Assembly: GCA_023334545.1 (NCBI GenBank)
Contig: JAADVB010000003.1
Coordinates: 62,001 to 126,000 of the forward strand
Origin: Salisapilia sapeloensis CBS 127946
Taxonomy: Eukaryota > Protista > Oomycota
Length of the DNA: 64,000 nucleotides
Direction: 5' to 3'
Below the pieces are notes generated by a model that searched no databases, had not been told where the DNA came from, and worked only from the letters and a program-made list of their open reading frames with translations. Below are positions 32,901 through 41,877 of the stretch, piece after piece; the stretch's first letter is position 1; each line of letters begins with the position of its first letter. The translations under genes were made by a program, and so were the position numbers.

Positions 32901-35345
32901 TAACGCTTCGGCCACGGTTTCCACCAAATGCTTATGATCTCGACCGACGTTGCGTTGGTTCAGTAGATGCGCAGCCTTGGCCGGTAAACCACCTTTCAGA
33001 TACAAACCAACTGCAGCAGCATAGTCGTTCTCCTTGACTTTAAGTTCCGCAGCTTTATCTTCTTGACGAGATTCGACAAGATATTCGTAGTAGTTGCGCT
33101 TCATGCCGTCTGTATTAGGATGACTCTTCGATTCAGCGACTCGAATGGCGTCTTCCCACTTGTGCAGGTGCTGGTACATTTCAATCGCAGCATCTAGTTG
33201 ACCTTGAGAAAGTAGTACATGCTCAGCAGCTCGATAGTCATTCTTAAGCAAACAAAGCTGCGTGCGCACCCTCCAGTGCGTCATACCTTCGCCAAGTTTC
33301 CCGCTCTCCATCCAATCGATTTTGTTCATACGTCGTAAGAACCGCGTTCTCGCAACATCTCCAAGAGCTGCAGCACAACGCTCGGCTATACGATGGTCAT
33401 TACTAGCCAGCGCTTCTTCCGAAAGTTGTTTCCACATTGCAAGTGCTTCCGGTGCTAATGGTAGCGGTTCCAGTATCGCCATCGCCTGCGGGAGTTGTTT
33501 ATAATCCACGGCCGTTCCAAAAGCTATGAGAGCTTCATCAAGCTGGTAAGATGCGGTGTTCATACCCTCGTCGACAATGACTTCTGTTCGTCCATTTGCT
33601 CGCTCAATGCGCTCTACTTCACCCTTCACTTGATACATGGTTGCACGATCTGGGGAGCGAATGTTGTACCAAACAGACAGGTTCGAACGATTTTGAGCGA
33701 CTACGACATCCGATTCGGGGACCCATTGGACATAGTTGCAGAAGTTGAGCAAGGTCATGCGTTGCTGTGTTGCCATGTCAAATAAGTGGAGCTGTCGTCT
33801 CTTATCTCGGAAGAGAAGTAGGTTTCCGCGCATGTTAAGTTCCATCCAGTCGATGCGAACATCGTGGTTGATGACGGAAGTTGAGTGCATATGTAGATCT
33901 TTGATGGAGATTGTTTGCAAGTCCAGTAGGAACGCCACTTTCTTATGATTTTCTTCATTTTCAGGATTGATAGATGCTTGTTGAAGGCCAGCGATGTTAA
34001 TCGTAGGCTTTTCATTCACACGAACGCTTAGCAAATGGGTCGTAAAGTGCTCTGTACGGACAGATCCAAGAATTTCATTCTGGCCGTACTCGATCAGTGT
34101 CAGCTCGCCAGCTTGGAAGACGACGCACACATTTTCATTATCAAACATATACTTTTCATTGCCTGTGCTTTGCCATGGGACTTCACTGAGCTTGCCAAAC
34201 TCCAGATCTCCAACGAGCAAGGTGTTGGACGTATTGCAAATAATGAAGCGATCTTGGAAGATATTAATCTTGGTTATTTCACACCCGAAGGTAGATCGCA
34301 CGACCACTCTCGCGCCGTTCGATAACTGCTTGACGATTACCTGGCTTAAGGATACGTACGTAAACTCGAATTTGCCCCGATATCGATAACGTCGAACACA
34401 AGCATCAAAGAGATCTAATGCACCACAGACAGATCCAAGCGCAAGACGACTGCCATCATGTTTCCAAGCAAGCGCAGTCACTGAATATAGGTTGGCAATT
34501 CGTTTCGGTGGAAGTGCTTCCCACACATTTGTCTTAGCCTGAAGACTGTAGATGTAGAAACTATCAAAGTTTCCAACGACGACCGAGTCTCCAGTCGGGT
34601 TCGTCACACTGCATGTAAACTCTCCACAATCTTCATCGCCGCTGTAGTCAAATGTTCGTTGTACACCGCCATCTTGGTCGTAGAATACAACTTTGCGATC
34701 GTTTCCAGCTGCAACAACGCTCTCACCCCATGAAAGAGCATACGGGATGCATGAATGAACTGCTATCTTGGCATGTGAATGACCTCCATTGACGTCGTCA
34801 AAGATGAAGCGATAGATTGCACCATCATAGTGTGCTGAGAGAATTGCCGTTCCGTCAATGTTGCTACAAACTGTCGAGACATACGAGCCCGTACTATACA
34901 GTGTTGCTGGTTTGTTGTTACGAAGTTGGCCGATTTTCACTTTTCCGTCTGCAATCCCAAAGACGAGTTCATTCGGGTGCGAGCTCGGCCATGTTAGCGA
35001 TGTAATGCTCGATTGCTGCGGAAACTTGTTGCAAATACTTTTCTTGTCACCCCACTCCAAACCGATCTTGTAGACGAAGACAATGTTGTCACTCTGGGCC
35101 ACTGCGAGCTTTGTTGAATCCGGCGAAAACTCAAGCGCACGAACGACGTAGCTCTTATCTCCTTTCTCGGAAGGTTTGGTGGAAAACTTGTCTTTCCGTT
35201 CACCGGACTGAGCGTCAAAGAGATGGACGACTCGATCGACAGTGACGACAGCAAGACGCTTGTTGTTTGGTGACCACGCAATAGCAGTAACCTTGTTTAT
35301 ACCTTCCGTTGCTTGAAGCAACGACGTTAGATGCCGAAGTTGCAT
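29970..35345 (-). CDS. IFT172: Intraflagellar transport protein 172 (WD40 + TPR-like repeats + C-terminal Cys finger), intronless
   Basis: Starts [10 protein letters not shown]...[13 protein letters not shown]...[53 protein letters not shown]; C-terminal CIITGFPV...WNKWV..CPWC. Confidence 0.97.
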   Translation of the reverse strand: [1791 protein letters not shown]

Positions 35346-36002
35346 CGTCCACGACCTTGTCGCTACAACAAGATGCGGCAAGAAACGAAGTGGGAAGGAA
35401 GGACTTCCAAAGGACCGTTCACATTACAAGTCGTCCGTTATCCGACGGCGCAAGAGTCACATTCAAAAGATGAAACTCTCGTTCCGTCGTATCTTCGGAT
35501 CTTTAGTCGCTAGTCTAGACTAGACTAAATATGTGTATTGGCATGTAGCAATGATAGTAGGATTCATAACATAGAAGTTAGATACCCGCCACCATGTCTG
35601 ATCTTACAATCCAGGCAATTACCCTCATTGCGCATCATATTTCGTTGCTAAGCTGTTGTTGACAACGTGGTAACCTAGCCGACTTTTGACAAATCACACA
35701 AAATACTTTGGCGCCAAACATATCCACATTTCAACAATTTCATCATCAACTTCCCACACTCTTCCAAAGACCCATTCCACTTCACCCTTCACAGCTATCA
35801 CCCACATCTTCGTACGCTTACAATCCACATTACCACTTGGACTCCACCATGACACTCGATATCTTATAGAAGACTCACGTCTTAATTTCCTGACGTGAGA
35901 TTTAATAATCCAAGACAGCGCCAAAATTCCGGACATGCCTATCTCTCCCTCTGAAAGCCGACGCGTCTCATCAGTTTTCGATCTTCTGCGACCTCGGTAG
36001 CC

Positions 36003-37361
36003 ATGCTCCACCTCCGCACGCCCGCTCGGTCGGTTCTACGCCAACAAACTCGTTCCTTTAGCGCAGCTTGGGGTTCAGGCAGTAAGCCTGACAGACGTGT
36101 CGTCGTAGTCGACGGCGTCCGCACTCCTTTCGCCAAGTCCGGCACGATCTACAAGGACGTGATCGCCTACGACCTTTTACGAGACGCTTTTAAAGGTGTC
36201 CTCGTCAAGACTGCACTGGACCCCAATGTCATTGACTATGTCAGTGCCGGTACTGTCATCCAGGAAGTCCGTACATCCAACATTGCTCGAGAAGCTGCGC
36301 TCGGTGCTGGGATCCCGCGGGGTATCCCAGCCAACACGGTGACCATGGCGTGTATTTCGTCTAACCAGGCGATCGTCGCTGGTACGGAAAAGATTCTAGC
36401 TGGACATGCTGACGTCGTCTTGGCTGGAGGTGTCGAAACCTTTTCGGACGTTCCGATCCGATTCTCCAAGCCGTTGCGAGAGCGCCTTCTGGCTGCACAA
36501 AAGGCCATGAAGAAGGGTCCGCTAGCAGTCCTCAAGTTGCTACAAGGTCTAAAGATGAAGGATTTTGCACCGGAAGCGCCTGCCATCCAAAACTTCCACA
36601 CGATGGAGGTCATGGGGTCTTCTTCGGACCGACTATCGGCACGATTCGGTGTCACCCGACAGGAGATGGACGAGTACACGGTGGAAGCTCATCGGAAGGC
36701 TGCTAAGGCACACGCTGATGGCAAGTACAAGGGAGAAATCCTTCCTTACAAGGGATCGACCGAAGAGAATGGAGTGAATGCCGAGACATCGATGGACAAG
36801 ATCTCGAAGCTCAAGCCTGCATTCATCAAGCCGCATGGAACGCACACTGCAGCTAATTCGTCCTTTTTGACGGACGGTGCTGCCGCGACGTTGATCATGT
36901 CGGAGGAAAAGGCCAAGGAGCTTGGATACACCCCTAAGAGTGTGCTGAAAGACTGGATGTTTGTGGGTGTGGATCCGTTTGAAGAGCTGCTGCTTGGTCC
37001 AGCTTATGGCATCCAGAAGATGCTGGCGAAACACAACTTTACGCTCGATGACATTGACTACTTTGAGATCCATGAAGCCTTTGCTGGCCAAGTGTTGTCA
37101 AACTTGAACGCTTTGGCTGAACCGAAGTTCTGTAAGGAGCTGTTTGGCATGGATAAACCGGTTGGACGTGTCCCGATGAGTAAGTTGAACACGTGGGGCG
37201 GATCGCTCTCACTTGGTCATCCGTTCGGTGCCACCGGTAGTCGTCTTGTGAACACGGCGTCGAATAAGTTGCAAAAGGAAGGAGGCAAGTATGCACTCCT
37301 TGCTGCCTGTGCCGATAGTGGACTCGCGTACGTTGGTTTGGTGGAAAAGTACGATGGATAG
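36003..37361 (+). CDS. HADHB: 3-ketoacyl-CoA thiolase, trifunctional-enzyme beta-subunit type, mitochondrial
   Basis: Arg-rich presequence; VVVDGVRTPF, TVTMACISSNQA (nucleophile Cys), NSSFLTDGAAA, EIHEAFAGQ, GGSLSLGHPFGATG. Confidence 0.9.
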   Translation: MLHLRTPARSVLRQQTRSFSAAWGSGSKPDRRVVVVDGVRTPFAKSGTIYKDVIAYDLLRDAFKGVLVKTALDPNVIDYVSAGTVIQEVRTSNIAREAALGAGIPRGIPANTVTMACISSNQAIVAGTEKILAGHADVVLAGGVETFSDVPIRFSKPLRERLLAAQKAMKKGPLAVLKLLQGLKMKDFAPEAPAIQNFHTMEVMGSSSDRLSARFGVTRQEMDEYTVEAHRKAAKAHADGKYKGEILPYKGSTEENGVNAETSMDKISKLKPAFIKPHGTHTAANSSFLTDGAAATLIMSEEKAKELGYTPKSVLKDWMFVGVDPFEELLLGPAYGIQKMLAKHNFTLDDIDYFEIHEAFAGQVLSNLNALAEPKFCKELFGMDKPVGRVPMSKLNTWGGSLSLGHPFGATGSRLVNTASNKLQKEGGKYALLAACADSGLAYVGLVEKYDG

Positions 37362-38502
37362 GAGCTGGAAGGCGTTTGCGATTGCATTAAACACAACGGA
37401 ATAAATTCGTCTTGATCTTGTTATGTTATTTCTTGATCTGCTCAAGTGGAAAGACCTCTTTCGTATCTTGTGGGTCAGCAGGAAACCTGGTTGTAGGAGC
37501 ATTGATAATAGCCGGTTAAAGCTTACTCTGGTGGACGCTTTGGCACTTTGAAGCAGACGACTTGTTGAGTATAACACTGGAGCAGCTTGGATCTTAGCGA
37601 TCTTATATGCAAAGTGTAGTTTAAGGGCTTCATCCACATTTTAATAGCGATAAAGATCTTGAGGACAAGTAATTAGTATTGTGTAGGACAATTAACATTG
37701 AGCATATAAATGCAGTGCAAGATATAGAGTTTGATTCAGATGCTGTGTTCTGATTGTTGATTGTTATGCTGCAGTATAAATTAGATTCTTATTTAACTAG
37801 CGGCAAGCCATTCTATATGCTCTTGGGTATAGTGAACTTGAACGCAGCTATAATGTAAATGCTTGTGACGGAATACACATATAAAGCTTTGTCGAGGCTT
37901 CGTGAAGCAAGCCAACGAAAGGATGGCCAAGAATAGTTGCTTGTGGATCGACTTACTGTTTGACAATCTATTGATCTTCATGAATATTTTTATGCTACTT
38001 TATCGGCTCAAGGAACATATACTTGACTTGTTGAGCTTGTTGAATGGCGGAACAGAAGCGCGTGGCAGCTTACATTACTATAGCTTCCACCCTTAATCAT
38101 TTGTAGCTATCTGCAGCAATGGATACATCAAAAGTCAATTCAAGTAACCAAACAAAGACCTATTCTGCTATAGTTCCACTTCTTCCATTTACTACTACAA
38201 AGTATATTTGATTCCTCTACCGAACGATTACCAAATATACCTCAGATACCTTCTGCTATCTAAAAGGTTAAAGCATCTTCCATGTTCAAATTGCCCATCA
38301 ATCCATAAAACCGCTACCTAAATCGTTTCTTTAAGTACCAGAACAACATCAAGGTTGACAAAAGCGATCACATCTACTTCCAAGACTGCACCGCCTAACT
38401 TGACCTCTCCTGTCCAAGTTACTTGTCCAATAAATTACCGAAATGTATCGAATATGTCAAGTAAATTACGAAGATAAAACACAATTAGGAGCACAAATAA
38501 AA

Positions 38503-38842
38503 ATGAAAGTGAGTGCGCTAGTAGCTGGCCTCGCTGCAGGCGGTCTGCAGTATGGATTGGTGAAATTCAACCTATTCGAACGAGAGAATGTCTTCCACTA
38601 CTCGACGGACTACGTCAAGAACCATTTCGCCGGCAAGAAAACGGTATGCTCCTACATTATCGTATGACGTCGTCCACATCTCATTCGTTTTGAATCGATA
38701 GAAAATGAATGCGGTGGATGAGCGATACGCAGCTATGCCGAACCGAGAGCACGAGTACTATACGTACGTGAGGGAAAAGTGGAACAAGAACGTCTTTGCC
38801 GTGCGTGACTGGATCTTCGAAGACAAACCGTCCACCAACTAA
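38503..38842 (+). CDS. 93-aa MIC12/MIC13(QIL1)-like small membrane protein, 2 exons (38503-38643, 38702-38842)
   Basis: In-frame splice GTATGC...GATAG gives MKVSALVAGLAAGGLQYGLV...YVREKWNKNVFAVRDWIFEDKPSTN*, with an N-terminal GxxxG TM segment and a WN motif. Confidence 0.6.
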
Positions 38843-38885
38843 ATGCCAAACACGAAAGCTGTCCATGCAACAAGGTCTTAACGAG

Positions 38886-41276
38886 TTAAATCTGAATCGA
38901 ATTATGCAGCATCTGCTCCTGAGTCCGTTGTGCTTGCACTACTAGTTGCTGCATCTGCCGCTTATAGAACGCTACATTCGGTTGCACATACCCATCACGC
39001 ACGTCTTCCTCTACACTTTCCCTGCGACTGGTTTGACGCCTAGATATCAGTTCCTTTAATTCTTCCTCTTCCTTTGCTCGTTCATCCATCGCAGTCATAG
39101 TCGCAAAGGCCATCGACTTGAGCGTCGACAAGAGCGGTTCGTCCATACTATCGACATGCGATACGATAGTGTCGAAAACACATAGAGCGCCAATTGTCCG
39201 TCCACTATCGTCTCGCAACGGTACTCCGGCGTAGAAAGCAGCTTGTTGTGGTCCTCTCACGACCGGAAGTTTGGTAAAATCAAAGGGCGATGTCGTACTT
39301 TGTGCGTTTCGCGTGAGAATCGGATGCTGGAGTGCTAGTACAGGTTCACAGCAACGCATATTCGCTGCGATCTGCGTGAGTTTCTTGTTTCCTGCCACTT
39401 GTAAATAATGCACATCTTCACCATTGTCCATGTGAAGAGCTAGAGCTGCAAATTTGCAGTCGAGAAGGGCTGTTGCTTGGTCACACAGATCCACAAGAAT
39501 GTCTTCATAGGGCTGGACGGAAGACAAGTAGCGTTTATCCAACGGATTACTGTCCTCATTATTCTTTCCTCCGTCCTCCACGTTTGTCATATCAAAAGTT
39601 ACATGCAGCTCTTTTAGACGATCTGTGGATGCACGTAGCATTTGCGCGTTCTCAGACTTGCGACGGAGGTATCTAGCCGAGCTAGGGTCTGCCGTGCGTT
39701 GATTGCTCTTAACTACCTTCTTGTCATCGCTCTTACTATCACTGCATTGGAGTTTCTTATCTGCCCACAGGGCATAGCTAGAATGCTTGGCTGTCGGTGT
39801 CAAAGCTTTCTTCACACCAGGCAGCACACCCTTCAGGCGTGAAGAGGATAGAGGAGACTCGGGAGCGTTCGCCAAGACACTCCATTTACTCACAGTGTGC
39901 TTCCCTTCACCGAGTTGATTTTCTACTGGTTTGGGACAACTCGCAACGGTCTGTCCTCTTGATCTAGTCGCCCGGGTTCTTTGTATCGGCGATGCTTCAT
40001 TCGCTTGCTGAGGTTCGGGCGACATTGCTACTGTTTGACTCGTCGACTTACTCTCCACTTCACACACGGTGCACACGCGTATGTTCATTGAACCGACTGT
40101 CGGCATCTCCGTGTGCTTGTAGACTGAGCATTTTCGACAGATGATGTCTCCACATAATCGACAATGGTGACGGCGCCGAGCAAGGGCATGGAAGCGCCTA
40201 CTGCAAACGGCACACTCTTTCCTATCCGTATTCGCGACCCACCTCGTTGCGTGCAGTGCATCCATACGTTGACTCATGGCGTAGGCATCCACCGCCTTGT
40301 TCAGCTTTCCCATGCCTCGTGCCATTTGTTGGATGACGCGCTGTACCGCTCGGAACTGACGATCGCAGTCACTCCCGGGAGGTGACAATGTCGCTGAGGT
40401 CGATACGATCGACATGTAGAACACTACATCCGTTCGTTCATGATTGTCCGTCTGGTACAGCATGATGCCAGAGAGAGGTACACAAGCTCGCATGACGTGA
40501 TGGGTGTCCATGAGGTCTGGGCATCGACGTGTCTCCGTCGACCACTGAAGCTTGTACGCGTCTGGCAGGATGGTTTCGTCTTTTAATCCCGTCCGTCGAT
40601 GCTTTGGACTGGCCGTTTCCTGGTTTGGGTGATAGCAGCTGCGTGGGTTACCACGACTCTGACTGTCCGTCGCTGGTGTGATGATGTTCTTGTCATCTAT
40701 CGTGGAAGCCTTGGTATAGTCCATAAGGCAAAAGTCACAGTCCATGACCATGGCACCAGTGCATCGGCAGTAGAGCCATCGGACAGCCAAGGAGGTGTGA
40801 TGCGATAGATCGTTGTGGTACAGAGCGCATGCATCCGCAACGGTTTCGTCGTATAGGATCTTGGACAGCGACTTGAAAGAAGAGGAAGAAGAGCCTTCCA
40901 AGACTTTAAGTAATGTCTCGACCGAGGAGCGTACTGTCGTCGTACTTCGCACGGCATACGTCCAAGCCGTACGCTCCGCCGGGTTTGTCGTCGACCGCGT
41001 ACGACTTGGTTCATTCGTCTCTAGACCTGTGATGGGATTCATATACGCACCCTTCTCCCACATCTTCACGCCGGACGTTTTGCTCGTTTTAATACATTTC
41101 CATTTGTCATTCTTCCGACTAGAGTTTCCAGCACTGCATTCCCTTCGAATGTGAAGCAATCGATTCTCAGCATACTCTTGCTGCGCAGTTTCTTCCTCGG
41201 CACTAAGTGCCAAGGGTTCAATCGCCGCTGTGTGAGCAGGAGGGGCTGATGTCCTTCGACCTGTTGGAGCCTCCAT
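38886..41276 (-). CDS. START-like + FYVE + GAF domain protein (oomycete-type), intronless
   Basis: N-terminal START-like region (WKCIKT..GVKMWE...LAVRWL); FYVE WVANTDRKECAVCSRRF...RRHHCRLCGDIICRKC...RVCTVC; GAF FYAGVPLRDDSGRTIGALCVFD. Confidence 0.85.
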   Translation of the reverse strand: MEAPTGRRTSAPPAHTAAIEPLALSAEEETAQQEYAENRLLHIRRECSAGNSSRKNDKWKCIKTSKTSGVKMWEKGAYMNPITGLETNEPSRTRSTTNPAERTAWTYAVRSTTTVRSSVETLLKVLEGSSSSSFKSLSKILYDETVADACALYHNDLSHHTSLAVRWLYCRCTGAMVMDCDFCLMDYTKASTIDDKNIITPATDSQSRGNPRSCYHPNQETASPKHRRTGLKDETILPDAYKLQWSTETRRCPDLMDTHHVMRACVPLSGIMLYQTDNHERTDVVFYMSIVSTSATLSPPGSDCDRQFRAVQRVIQQMARGMGKLNKAVDAYAMSQRMDALHATRWVANTDRKECAVCSRRFHALARRRHHCRLCGDIICRKCSVYKHTEMPTVGSMNIRVCTVCEVESKSTSQTVAMSPEPQQANEASPIQRTRATRSRGQTVASCPKPVENQLGEGKHTVSKWSVLANAPESPLSSSRLKGVLPGVKKALTPTAKHSSYALWADKKLQCSDSKSDDKKVVKSNQRTADPSSARYLRRKSENAQMLRASTDRLKELHVTFDMTNVEDGGKNNEDSNPLDKRYLSSVQPYEDILVDLCDQATALLDCKFAALALHMDNGEDVHYLQVAGNKKLTQIAANMRCCEPVLALQHPILTRNAQSTTSPFDFTKLPVVRGPQQAAFYAGVPLRDDSGRTIGALCVFDTIVSHVDSMDEPLLSTLKSMAFATMTAMDERAKEEEELKELISRRQTSRRESVEEDVRDGYVQPNVAFYKRQMQQLVVQAQRTQEQMLHNSIQI

Positions 41277-41877
41277 TTAACTACTTATGTACTACGCTGC
41301 TGAATGGACAGTGATGTGTGTGTTCAGGGTGTCAGGCAACCGTTTGTAAAAGACCGTTCTCGTCTAGAGGCTGGTACTGCGGATGCTGTGTATTAAATTC
41401 GACTGGGAGTGGTATCTGGGTGCCGGAATAAAACGAAAGATAGAAGACTGACGTCGGTGCCACGAATGGAAGCTTTCGTGGAAACTTGGCTGTCCAGGTG
41501 ATAATGGGGATGGCACGAGCAGTCGTGAGCAAGGTCCAGTGCAATGTCTTCCACAAACGTTCTCGTAAACCCCAGTGACTTCGCCAGGCGAGCTACTTAT
41601 TGAAACGGTTGCAGGTCAGATGCGTACGGTAGCTCCAACGGTCGTGCCCTTTCCCACGACGCTTTGAAGATGCAACGGAACAAGACTCGTCATGGGCGTG
41701 ATCTTGAATTCAACAATTTATCTATTACCCCATCTAGTCTCTTCCTTCCATGCAAAAAGAACGACGTTATGGACTCGGGTGTCCACGGCCAACGCACGCA
41801 GTCATCTAAAAATGAAAAATCAAAAGAAAAGAAAAAGAAACACCATCGGTGTCTCGAACTGGACTCGGCCAGTCGCT

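Noticed and set aside
35644-35680. GTTGCTAAG / GTTGTTGACAAC near the IFT172 promoter resembling an RFX X-box
   Set aside because: Poor match to the full consensus, and RFX control of ciliary genes is not established in stramenopiles.
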